From: Setoptus koraiensis
Taxonomy: Eukaryota; Animalia; Arthropoda
Assembly: GCA_048013815.1 (NCBI GenBank)
Contig: CM106585.1
Location: 18,786,001 to 18,850,000 of the forward strand
DNA length: 64,000 nucleotides
Direction of reading: 5' to 3'
Shown one piece after another: positions 22,031 to 34,440 of this stretch. The notes under the pieces were generated by a model. It did not search any database. It was not told where the DNA came from and was given only the letters and a program-made list of their open reading frames with translations. A program made the translations under genes and the position numbers. Within the stretch, counting starts at the first letter, position 1; the number at the start of each line of letters is the position of its first letter.

Positions 22031-25000
22031 ATAAATCGACCACAAGGTGAACTTGGGAATGCCGCAATGTCTGAATAAATATGGACAAATCTGCTTGTTC
22101 TGGCTCGCATCGCATCTGGTACATTGATTGACGCAGTAATTGTGTATGATTGCGAATATTATGCTCGTATTTTACAATTGTCACTATGTGAAAAAACTGT
22201 TGCCTCACCTTTTTCCATGACAGCGGCAATAGATGGCGCGCCAATCCCGCTCGACCACAGTCCAGGGTCAGACAACAAAACAATCTCACACTGACCCAAG
22301 TGTTATCTCCGTGTATCGAAATATCGGAGTTGAGCATCAACATGTCAATGGATGCGACTGAATCATCCGTGAGGTAGCTCGCCGACCGAAATCAATTCAA
22401 TCGTGTCAGACGTGCAAAAGCAATCGGTTTTTCGATCGTTTTTTTCAATCGGTTCGATAACCGAAATCAAGCAACGGATTTCGCTCGACAACACCGTACA
22501 TGCCCGACATGGACATTGTTTCGGGTTGAACCCTGTCATCTGGGGCTCTCCATTCACCTGTCATCGTGCCCCTCGATGTGGCCGTTTAAGAGCTCGCCAG
22601 GTGGCGACAGCGACCAGCAAAGGTGCGGGCCGGATTTTTCCGGTACGCAGTTCCAGCGGCAGATGAGTAGATTTATTGAGAGGGATCATGAGCATGTTGA
22701 CAACAAATGCGGGTGAGACAGATGTATAAATTTGATTTCGTTTCGTTTGCTCAGCCTGTTAATTGGTAATGGTTTTCGCATTTGTGTCAGCAGCAGTTGT
22801 AGTGTCACATGACTGGACATGTTAACAAGGAGAGGAAAAGGAAAACAAACTGAATGCAACGAAACAAATTAAATTGTCCGTCGGTTGCTGGTCGACGGCC
22901 AACGAGCCACTGCGAGCTGCCGATGTTGGTTTATCTCGCTTCGTCGGCTTCAAATGAAAAGCAACAGCTTCGCTTGGTTAAATTCAGCGCCACCAGTTGC
23001 GCCTTCACGCTTGGCCGGCTCTGAACTAGTTCTCAGTTCGGAGGCCCAATTGTGCTTGCGACACATTGGGCCTCCGAACTGAGACGAACTGGACCAAAGA
23101 GCGGCCTCGACAGCAGTTTGTGCACGGTGCTTTATGGTGATAATTTGTACTGTATTGTGTGTCCTCAAAAAAAAAAAAATTGCTCTACGCGTATGCCTAT
23201 AGGAAGTGTGCTGCTGTTGGTGGCAGTGATCAATCTTGTTTCTAGTGTTAATTTGAATTGGGTTTATACAGCATTTTGGCGGCACTCCACAATGTGTTGA
23301 TTGGTTTGCCATGAGGTCTCTCAACATTTCTGATCGTCGTCATCATTTATCGGGCGCTTGGGCCGAGTTTAATCGCACAATTGGCGCTTTATCATCGACG
23401 ATCCATTCAAAGCGAGTCTTTGTTGCTTGCGAACACCATTTGTTGCAGCGTGTGTGTGTGAATTTTATCGCTTCTTTTTATCATCGGCCCGCATGGTAGA
23501 TCACGCTCGCATCGCATTGTTGCCGGCCATTTAGTTTCAATATCGATTTCCAGCGGATTGCTGGCCGCGCTGCGTTCGAACGTGCCCACTTCGGCCGCGC
23601 CGAACTCGAGCGGGCCGAACTCGAGCGGGCCGAGTCCGAGCGGGCCGAATGTGTCGCCGGCGAGCAGGGGCATTGTGCCGGTCGCAATCGGCGACAACTT
23701 ACGTGACGCGCTTGATTAACTCTACACCCCGAGTCGGGCCAGTTTCTTCTTAGCCGCTTAGTTCGCGTTGGCCGCCAGCGCCGCCTGGGCCCGTTCCTTT
23801 GCGCCTTCTTGGCCGAACAATGAACGCTCGAATGTTCGAATCAAAGAAACTCGCCCCAATCCAGTGCGGCATTGTTGTTGCTCATTGTGGCGAGCGCTGC
23901 AAACAACATGTTGAACATGATTTGATTTGTACTTTTTAACCATGACAACCAACAAGCAAATAAATCGATTTGTTGGCGCTGTCGTGGTCGCTGTTGTCGA
24001 CAAACATCAAACGTCGCTGTCTGATATGGCGCTCGGACATTTACATATACAGCCAGAGAGAGAGAGAGAGAGAGAGGGAGCAAACAAAGCGCACCAGCGA
24101 CAACAATAAACGCGCAAAATAACGTGCCAGCGTGCGGTGGCGGCTCTCAACCGGCCCGTTAAAAGGTTGCCCGAATTGGCTTCTAGTTACAAGATTATTT
24201 CGAGCGACACCGGCCAGCGGCTACCGCGAACAGTCAGTGGCCAAAACCGATAACCGATCGCCGTTCGGCCAGCAAACAACCAAAGTCAACCGATGAGATG
24301 AACAAATGAGCGCCGCCGCCGCGGCCGCAACGCACGAGGCTCCCACCGGCGCTCACATTCCTCGTGGCGGCCGGATAATGAGTCGGCCAATCGACGCTGG
24401 CCATACCCGCCGCCGACACAACGCACGCGGCATAACGAATACGGCGTCCCGGCCCGATTCTCAGGTGATTTCTCAGGTCGCTCTGACTTGATGCCTCAAC
24501 GCGCTCGGGCATGTTGAGGATATTTCATTGGATATTTCGTTGCGCCGGTCAAGCCGGTGAGCAGCGATCAACAAGACAAGAGATTTCGGTCACGCTGTTC
24601 GACAGTTCCTCCACAATCAATTAGAACACACACACGCACGCCAAAATGGGACGGCCTCGTTAATTGTCGGCCCAATGCCATTCAGCTAAACCGGCCCAAG
24701 CGCTTGTCGAGCCGTTTGCGCACGGATCACAATCTAATCAATTTCGAGCCAAACCGAAACGAAACTCTTTCTCTGTCTGTCGCCCCCTTCTGCGCGTTTG
24801 TCGGATGCCTTCGAAGGGCCGCCTTCGCTGACATGGCCGCGAAATGTCAGCTGACAGCCGGTTCGTCACGGCTGACACGGGCAATGTTTGTCGCGGCACG
24901 GTCGGCCACGACCGACCAACCGGCACCAACCGGCATCGAGCGGCACCAACCGGCACCAATAGGCACCGGCCGCAATTGGGCCACGTTCGCGCGCTGCCAA

Positions 25001-25542
25001 AAGAATGCCCGCGCTCTCAAACCACCATAATAACAATCAAACAAGATTCTAATAATGATGCGGCGCGACATGTTAATCGGACGAAATGTCTGCGCGACCT
25101 GCGAACGCCCGAAGTGTCATCCGCTCAAAGTCCGGCCGCGTCCATTTATATTTATGTATTCCATTTATCTATTTGTGTACGTGTGTTTTTTTTTCTGGCT
25201 GCTGCTATTTTCGGTAATCGCCCCCCGTACGACCGACAGTGCGTTCGCGGACAAGGTGACACAAACATGCACACGGGGCTCGCCGAAGCGTAAATCGATA
25301 ATTTGTTCGAGTGCTGTCGCCCAGCTAAATATACATCTCAAGTAGTTGATCACAGTTGTGTTGTCGCGAACGCATATGTCGGACACTTATGCCGACCTTG
25401 TTCGCGAACATTTTTTAATGCACAAACGCGCCTCAACTTGACGCGACACAATCGCTTGGGTTGTTTTTGGCACCGCGGAAAGTGTTGTTGTGCATGATTG
25501 TTCGCTGTCGAAGCGGAAACTTCATTTCGGGCGGTTTTTTGT

Positions 25543-25625
25543 GCGGTTTCGGGCGGTTTCGGGCAGTTTCGGGCGGTTTCGGGCAGTTTCGGGCCATTTT
25601 GGGTAACTTCGGGCAACTTCGGGCG
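25543..25625 (+). repeat. 10-bp minisatellite (TTTCGGGCRG-like), G-quadruplex-competent
   Basis: Eight GGG runs spaced by 7-nt loops (25551-25623). Confidence 0.9.
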
Positions 25626-25672
25626 AGCAGCGTTTGGGGGTTGCGCGTAACGAGCAAGTTTTATTTTATCCG

Positions 25673-25686
25673 ATCTCCATGGCAAC
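25673..25686 (+). promoter_or_regulatory. X-box-like (RFX) motif ATCTCCATGGCAAC
   Basis: Fits RYYNYY-AT-RRNRAC; shares 13 bp with the site at 47938. Confidence 0.35.
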
Positions 25687-28600
25687 GATTGGCAGAGTGA
25701 CCAAGCCAACGAGCAAGCGCGATGCCAAATGTGACGCCCAGATGGATCGGTATGATGCCCGGTTTGTGCACTTGTGAAGAGCGCTGCTCTGATTTCTGGC
25801 CAACGATGACAACTATGATGCAGTCGATTATGTTGCAAATTGACGGACGCTTATAGGCCCCGTCGTCATGATTGATGATTGGTCACGACCATCGCAAGCG
25901 CAACATTGAATATCATTGGTTGATCGCAACTCGCAATCGATAAAGAGAGCAACTTATTATTGAGAGGCAGTCTAACAAGCCGGCCATGATTCATTGATTA
26001 ATATCAATTGGTTGGCATGCTGTCCATGGCACGCAGAGGCAGCAAATGCGGTGGAAAACTCTGTTGTGGAATGCCAATAAAAGTTAAAAGTTGAGTTGCG
26101 TAACGTGCTGGCCGTTGCAGCGGCTACCTGTGGGCGCTGAGGTGCTAAGGCACAAATCTGCAAATGCCAATGTCTCATTGGTTTACAAATCTGGCAGCAT
26201 TACATTGGCGTGTGTGTGTGTGTGGAATGGCGGTGGAATCAATTTTCATTAAAAAGCGTCCACTGATGCACAATGTGTAACTCGAAAATTTCTTCTGCTT
26301 TTTGTTCACTCGATCAGCGGATGATTCTGGCATGATTCGCCCGACAAAACTTGAACGGAATATTTAGACTCACAAAATACGTTGTTGCAGAATGGAAGTT
26401 TGGAATTTTCGGCTCAACTCGACTCAACAGCAACAACAACAAGTTATCTCGCCCTAGTGGGCATAATGAATCTGGCATGAGCATGCACAAGGGCCACGAT
26501 GAAATGAATATGGAATGAGATGATATTGGAATATTTAATTTGCTCGGTCTACGGGTGGTCGGCCGACTTTCGTCTCGCACAATTTTATGCAACGGGCAAC
26601 GGGCAATGGGCCGTTTGCGGCCGGCAATGTTGCCCGGTGAAAAACACTTCAAAACAAAGCAAAACAACATTGAACGACCGAGGCATCGCACATTGTTTTA
26701 GCTTATCACATTTGGCTGGCGCTGGCGTTGCTGTGATACGATCGCCGCGCTGCATTATTCATCCGAGTTTCATCCATTGGTTCGAGTAGCGGTCGAATAG
26801 TCTAGTTTTGGCACCGACTGGCTTCCACTGGTCAGTCAACGTGGAAGCGGCAGCCAACATTGGGCGACCATTGGGAACATTGGTCCAATCGAAAAGCGGC
26901 TCGCAGATAGATTGAAATTCTCGAGCGGTATCAAATTCTTTCGTGAGCTACTTTATTTCTTCTATACATAACCTTCGCCCAAGCCTGGCTGTGGCAAACG
27001 TTGCCGCATCATGACACAGGTGAATGATGATTCTATCGCTCTATGCGCTCACTGCATATCGAGGTATCCATCATCATCACGACGCCGATGATGAGGGTGC
27101 ACTTGTTTCGGGCACTGGCCACTCTCGCGCAACAATGAGCCCCCCGTTGCTCGGCTCGGCTTGGCCCGGCCGGTCGCTTTGAAAATTTGAATATTCTGCC
27201 CGAGTTTTTTTCGGCCATGTGCAGAGTGTGGCCGCCAGGTGGCGCCAGCGGACGTTTCAAAATTGAAAATTTTTACAAATTTTTCAAGATTTAAAATTTG
27301 TTGTTTTCTTTGTTCTTTGTTCGGGCCAATTCTTTTCGGCGGAATTCCGGAAATCGTCCAAGTTCGACATGACGAAAAAAGAAAAACATCCACACAAAAC
27401 TCTTGTTTTGGTGCCCATTTCACCCATTATCTGTCTTTCGGGCAACATCCGAAGGGCCGAGGCGACAGTGTCAACTGGGCTCGAGTGGTTGGCTCACAAA
27501 GAAAAGTTGTCGGAATAGCCTCAAAACACACTCAAACTCGTAGTCTCGGAGCAAAAACAGCTGGAAAGGTCTGTGAATGACAACAAACTTGACACATGCG
27601 CCAATGAGTTGTGTCAGTCAGTTTTTCAGTCATGTTTTCGCCAACGCAACGCCGGCTCGCAATGAGCGAGGGCGATTGTAGTGGCGCGGCCGAAACGGAC
27701 CGAATAATTGTTGCGACGGCCCGAAGAACACGCTCGCTGATTAATTGATGATGAAGTTCGCTATCGATGCAATCAATCGATCAAAATAGTTGCGCAGGTA
27801 AGACGAGCGCTCGGCCGTCGAGTGCGACTCGCACTTGGCGAGTCGGAATTCCAGTGAGCGCCGAGAATGCGCTTAAAATTCTGCAAGTTTGTGTGTGTGT
27901 ATAAATGGTTGTAAATGTTGTAATTGTTGTTGCCCGATGTAATGTTTTTAATTCCTCAATCAATGGTATTGCCAAATTTGGCCTTTCTCTGAAGGCTGGC
28001 GATTATTGTATGTCGATTGCAGCTCGTCGCATTTAAATGGAAACAATCGGCATCCATGGCAGCGCCAACCCGAACGAGATCCACTTTTTATTGGCGGCGC
28101 TCGCTGTTGCAGCGTATTGGCGCTGCCCGGTGCCCATTCCGGCGGCCACATTCAACAAGATCATCAATTGTAGTTGTTGTTGTTGTTGTTTACGCAATTG
28201 TTGTTAAAATAAACCATTATTATTCAACACAACCGACTTTTATTATGATTGACCACTACACTTCAAATTACTATTCCGACTGGCGATCATCGTGTGTCGG
28301 CCATGTTGCATTGTAAAGCGATAAGCAATAAAAATGCAATCAATTGTTTATTCTTCACTTTGTACAACTTTGTGTATAAATACATTGTGTATAACGCGCT
28401 GGCCAGTTCAATGGCTGGCCGGTTGGTCAGCCGAGCTGGAGATTGCAATTTGCGGCGTTCGCAACTGGCGGCCCGAAGTTCAAGATTCGCCGGCCACTTG
28501 TGCGAGCGGCCGGCCCGGCTGTCAAGTCGCGCCGGCCGCCAATGACAGCGATTAGAACAGCCCTTGAGCGAGCTTCGAATGGGTCTGGTCACTCGAGTTA

Positions 28601-29600
28601 TCGCGCACACGAGAGCCAAAGTTGCCACCTTTGTTGTGTAAGTGGTCGCACCGTGTTGCTGCAAGCATCTGTCGGCGCGACAGCCTTCAAGGTGAAACAA
28701 AAAGTTACATCACAATCAGCGAGTCGCACAATAATCGAATAAGTGAGCAATTGAAGGGCAACAATTGTGCGAATTATCAATAGCACCGGCCGGCCAGTCG
28801 ACACAGTGGAGAGAATCGCCAGTCGACATAATTGAAAGAATCGAGAGAATGGCCACAGTGCGAACAAACGCAACGGACAGCACGGGCCCGAGAATCACTT
28901 TCACGCCCGCTCTGGACTCCAGAGTCTGGAGCGGCCACTTGGCCGGTTGGAGTGGCGCGCTATGCCGAGCGAGGAATTTTAAGTGGACAGCGCCGACGAG
29001 CAATTCATTAGATGTCAAGTATCGACTTTTTTGATAGATGAACGTGCTCGCCGATTGAGCAATCGTTGCCGTGTTTGTTGTATCAACTCCGACGTGCTCG
29101 CCAGTCCGACATCCAGCGGGCAACACGGACGAAAAATTAATTCAACATGTGGCCGCAAATAATTGTGTGAGCGCTCACTTTCGCGCTAATTTGTGGTTAC
29201 GCCATGTCAATGGTGTGACGGCAGCAACTGCGCCGCGATGCGCCGAACTCGCCAGCGGACGGCCGCCGATCGATTGGCCGGGGGGAGTTCGAAATTGCTG
29301 AGCCGGCGAGCGGAGGTGAGCCGAGGTGAGGAATATCTCGGCTGGCTCTGGCGTGATCGCCAAATCAAAATCGAAGCCTCAGCAGCAGTAATCAATCGGA
29401 ATGCAGCGAATCGATCAACGTTGAACCTGTTCCTTTGATCGTGTTTGGCTTTCGCCAATCGATGATGCTGCAAAACTGGGCCAGCTCTCGGTGCTTGCAG
29501 TGGCCGGCGAACAGACATTTTTCGCGATTCATCAACGCGATTCGCTTTTCGATTGTTTATTTTCCATCGGGTTGCCCGAACAACAGCGCCGGCTATCCGC

Positions 29601-29701
29601 GTGTGAATAGCCGGCCAAGTGCGAATGGCCGGCGAAACGTGAATAGCGGGCCAAGTGTGAATAGCCGGCAAAATGTGGATAGCCGGCCAAGTGTGAATAG
29701 C
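29601..29701 (+). repeat. Degenerate 18-bp tandem repeat (GTGAATAGCCGGCCAAGT-like)
   Basis: About five copies visible. Confidence 0.8.
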
Positions 29702-31280
29702 CTGTTGGTCGCCGGCAACGGGTCGATTTCGTCGGACGAATTGATATCTGGAGACCACCGCTAGAAGCGCCTACAAATTGCTTTATTGTGTGATTGTTGT
29801 GCGGCGCATTGTCGCTTGCGACGGCCACAAGAAGCTTTTCAACGGGTTCGATTGCGAGTGTTGGCTCGAACAGAGAAAATAAACTTTTTCTTGCTTGCGC
29901 CAACCATCATTTTGGGCTTCTATTTTGGGCACAATTCCGCTACTTTCTGTTGCGCTCACCTGAGTGAATGTGTTCCGAAAAATGCACTGGTATAATGCAT
30001 CGCACTGTGTGCAAGGCCATCGCTTGACCACTTGACTCTGCGCTGCTTTTTCCCGCTGGCCCGAAATGACCTCTCTGGCCGAAGCGTTGCTGCGTCGATT
30101 TGCGACTCTTATTTTTTGCTCATTGTGCCCACTGCGCCCGCTGACCACTGCGCCTGTTGACCAGTGAGCCGACCGACGGTCGGATCGATGGGCCGACTGA
30201 CACTTGGCGCGACTGTTAATGTGCTGACGCTGAAGTGAGTCAGAAAAATCAGAGTATCACGCTGGGCAGCCACTAGAGAAGCAACGTGAGCATACAACAA
30301 TAAATACATACATATTATAAATATATTAATAATACATTAGCGGGCATGCGCGCAGCTACGGCGACGCATCGGACACAATGGATGCATTGCAACAATTGTT
30401 GGATATAAATATCCAGGGCGAGCTCACCGCTGAGCCGCTGGCTGTTAGATGGAGCCACCGGCTGCACGTACCATGAGCGGGCCGGGCATTTCTGGTGGCG
30501 TTTCCGGACGGCCACTCACATATGTTGTTGAGTCGTTGTTGCTGTTGAGTTGTTGTTGTTGTCGCTGTTGAGTTGTTGTTGCTGTTGAGTTGTTGTTGCT
30601 GTTGAGTTGTTGTTGCTGCTGAGTTGCTGTTGAGTCGCTGTTGAGCAGTATCATAAATGGGACGATTAGCGCCGCGCAGCGCGTGCTACCTGCGCCACTT
30701 CCTATGCGGGCAGGCCCGGCCGAAGCCACGGAAAACTGTTGCTGGCGACGGCTCTCTGGCCGGCACGAAATCACATCTACCCGGTCATGGGGGCGATTTG
30801 GGTAACGCGGCGGCAGCGGCAGCGACAGACCAACAGCGAGCGCTAATTGAAACGGTGGCTCGCTCGGCCGGCCGGCCAACCGGCCGCCCGTCCGTCCGTT
30901 CGTCCGAATCAAGCGGTGGCTGTGAGATGATTAATGGAGCCACGAGCATAAATAATGACACAGTCGGTGAGACACCGAGTGCTTGACGCTGGTGGTGACA
31001 GACGGACAGTGGGGAGGATTCTTTGCACTCGGAACGCTTCTTTCTTTCTTTATTTCCATTATTGGTCTGATTATCATTCTTGGCATACGCACTACAACCA
31101 TGATTCGGCTTGCAAATAAAAGTGGCAGCGTTACTTGGAACGTGCTCGCTCTCGTCATGCTGCCACTTGCGAGTTTTTAATTTTGAATTTTGCCAATTTC
31201 GCCAATTGGCAGCCAACCGCAGCCGTATCAGGAGCCCAATCCAACAGCAACATGCGAGCCAGCAACAACAATGCACAGGC

Positions 31281-31391
31281 CAACAACAGCAACAACAACA
31301 GCAACAACAGCAACAACAGCAACACCGGCAACGACAACAACAACAGCAACAACAACAGCAACGACAACAACAACAACAGCAACAGCAGCAG
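31281..31391 (+). repeat. (CAA/CAG)n opa-like trinucleotide tract
   Basis: One of about 12 similar tracts on either strand, approximately at 30533-30645, 36866-37000, 41190-41322, 44723-44880, 51122-51242, 58057-58140, 58335-58395, 59125-59195, 59562-59612, 60210-60310 and 63275-63385. Confidence 0.95.
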
Positions 31392-34099
31392 CGAAACGGA
31401 CGGCATCGGCTCCTTTCAGCACTGCTCAAACAAAGAATCAATTTTTAATCTTTTGGCTTGTGTTCGGCACGACGACCGTTGTCCGTGTCAATCTCGCCTA
31501 TGTGTGCTCTCTCGTGTGCGCCTTCGACACGAACGAGCCCTTCGAACGTTCGAATTTCGAATTTCGAAATCCGAATTTAGAAGTTCGAAGTCCTGAGTCC
31601 GAAATCCATTTCGCCGTACTTAGCGTCACTGACACTGTTTTAAACTGTTATCATTGGCCGGTACGATTCGAACTGCTCGAATATTGTTGTTACTCGCGCT
31701 CATCAAGCGTTGGGCCCCGCTCAACCGATCGCCGGCGTGCCGACGCATTGTCCGTCCGTCGGTGCCACCTATCATCACCGGCCCGGCCGCAATCGGTGCA
31801 ACTGTCATTGGTGTGCCATTATGGTGGCCATTACCGTGCCCATCATCGCTGCTAATTTGGGTGCCCCGGATGAGAGTGCGCGCACCGGCCGCGAGGCGGC
31901 GCCCTGCGACCGACCCGGGCCGGCAGACGCCGGCGCCAGCCCTGCACGACAAACAAACGAATCGCTGGCGTCCGCTGGGCCAGTGTGTCGGCACTTCGAA
32001 TGTGTTTGCGCGTTAGAATAAACGTTCGAATTCGGTGCGTATGACCCATGCGACCGTATGAGAATGGAGGGCAGAATCACACAGGTAGTGGGCGAGTTGT
32101 GTGCGCTGCGAATGGGCGCACGTGCGAACGTGCATCGCTTCGAGCGTCGCCGGCGTTGCTAATTCCGGCGACGCCGGCACAATGGAATTCACTTGTTGAT
32201 CTCGATTTCGTTGGATTGTTCGCAGTTCGTCGTTGCGAATCGGCCAATCGCAACGAGACAGTCGAGCAGCGGCTGCAAAGTTGTGCCCAGAGGCCGTGCA
32301 CGCCGCTCGAACGGTGCAGCCGGCCATCGTCGGCGAAATTTGGCGAAATTTCGCCCAAAAATGAGCCAATTGGAACTGCTGCAATTGGCGCATTACAGCG
32401 AACGATAATGAGCCTCGGATAGCATAAGTGATATCGGTGGCATCAGTTTAATTTCTGGCACCAGATCAATGGGCCGGCTGCGTCATGCTGCACGAATGGC
32501 ACTGCGGCGCAACGATAACACCGAGAACGCGCACGATGAGAACGGAACGCAGTTAAATTCAATTGGCCCGTGTTCGCGAATTTCGAACTTCGAATTTCGA
32601 ATCGCCAATCGCGAACCATTCAGCGCGAATGATACACATTTTCGAGGCAGAAGGCGTGACCAATCGCCACTAACGGCGCTGCAAAGATTGCAGTTGTTGC
32701 TGTTGTTGTTGTTGTGAGCGATGCTGGTCAAACTCGGCCAGTGATACTGGCGGCGATAAACGGAAAGAATTTCGCTGGCGCTGGAACGACGCTCAAGCGG
32801 ACGGGTCGGCCGGCCCGCATCGCGCCGGCCAGCAATTCCGACTAAATGATAAACGGATAATAAATAATGCCGACCGGGCGGTGGGAACACGCCATACATG
32901 CTTATAAATATAACTGTACCTGTGCGCGCAAATATTCGCGTTGTGGCGTGCCTTTGGCCGGCCGGTGCTCGCCACCGACGCTGACCGACCCTCGGTGACA
33001 ATTGATTTATTTGCGCCCGTCACAAGCGCATAATCGGCCGGGCTGTCGGGCGGCCGGCGCGGCCAGTAGTCGGCGGGCGACTCGCCAGCGCCTAATTAAT
33101 TGGCTTCCATTTCTCACTTGTTCACCTGTGGCCAGCGGTATGTGACGACTCTGCGAAATCTGAGCGAAAATTCCAATTAGGAGGCCGCCGCCGCCACCAA
33201 TGGGTGTCACTGGCGGCTTCGGACAGTCGCCCGAAGAGGCCGCCGCGAACGGTCGCTGCGCGCGGCAATTGCGGCCCGACAGCGACGGGGCCGGCCCGCG
33301 AGTGTGGTCCGCACGTGTTGGCCCGTCCGGCCAGCCGCCTGGAGCCGGCGTAATGGCGAGCCAGCCGCTGATTAATTGTTGCTTGGCATTGCTCGTCTCG
33401 GCGCTGACGGGCGCTCATATCGCCGACTTGGCTTGTCTCAATGGTTGCGCTCTAATCAACAATTAATAGCCGCCGCGATGCTAATCTCGTCACCAGTTCG
33501 GGTTGCCCGTCACTCGGGCCGCGTCACTCGCAACTTGCGGCCGCTCAACGCCGCACTCAAGCGGCCGGACAAGAGGCAGCGTTCCTTTCTGGACAGTTCG
33601 TCTTCTTTCTCTACGACCACGATGACCAGAAATAAACGCTTCTTGTCCGGCTTGTCGCTTGTATAATTGCGATGGCGACTCACAAGTTGCCAGTCGCAAC
33701 TTGCAAGCAATGACTCGGCCTTAGATTGGCGGCGCTGATTAGCCGGCCGGCCGGCCGGCCGATTGGCCGCAGATTTTGCACACCCAAACAAGATAAATCA
33801 CACTCACTTGAGCGACAACCGCGGGCACTGTGTGTCACTGTTGTGTTGCGCTGGCCCTTTTTGGCCACTGGCAACAAGTTGTCATTGGCACTCGCTCCGT
33901 GTCGCCAATGGAGAAAATAAAAATAAAATAAAAGAAAGAAACTCGCAAACATTCTTCGTCTCTCCTTGAGGCTGGCATGCTCACCTGTCCGCCACTGTCG
34001 TTCGTCGGCCGGGCGCCAGGTGGCGCGCCCCGGCCGAAAACGAGCCGACACAGGTGCCGCGAGCGACATTATCGATTTCGGACTGACAACAAACTGACT

Positions 34100-34440
34100 T
34101 GTGAGAAAAATTTCAGTGTTTTCCGAGCTTTCGGCGCCTTCAGTGTTTTCCGAGTTTTCGGTGCCCTCATTGTTTTCCGAGCTTTCGGTGCCTTCAGTGT
34201 TTTCCAGATTTTCAGTGCTTTCGGTTTTTCCAAGTTTTCGGTGCTTTCAGTTTTTTCGCGCTCGCAGTTTTTTCGGGGTTTTTCGTGTTTTCGGCGCTCT
34301 CGAAGTCGCCCAATGTCGAGCAGGCGGAGAAATTCCTTCTCGGCGAGCAGCTCTCAGCTTGGATTTCGGTTGCGACGGCAGTTCGGATTTCGGTTGCGAC
34401 GGCAGTTCGGATTTCGGCTGCGACTGCAGTTAGGATTTCG
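34100..34440 (+). repeat. Compound minisatellite: about 27-bp unit (tcagtgttttccgagctttcggtgcct-like) then 24-bp unit (cggatttcggttgcgacggcagtt)
   Basis: Tandem copies visible; TTTCGG/TTTCCG core. Confidence 0.8.

Noticed and set aside
22545-22620. Minus-strand PGELLNGHIEG resembles a Sushi/CCP domain start
   Set aside because: The upstream RCRH is in another frame, a stop or donor follows at once, and no partner exon was found.
28716-29126. FIYQKSRYLTSNELLVGAVHLKF loosely resembles a C2-domain strand
   Set aside because: Similarity is too short and no convincing splice sites or further C2 segments were found.
31535-31590. GAA/TTC clusters as heat-shock elements
   Set aside because: Spacing is TTCGAA or GAAnTTC, not nGAAnnTTCn.
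30445-31855. Overlapping polyQ/polyT/polyN/polyC ORFs (also near 36.2-37.2, 44.4-44.9, 51, 58-60 and 63.1-63.5 kb)
   Set aside because: All six frames stay open simply because CAA/CAG tracts lack stops; no unique domain is present.
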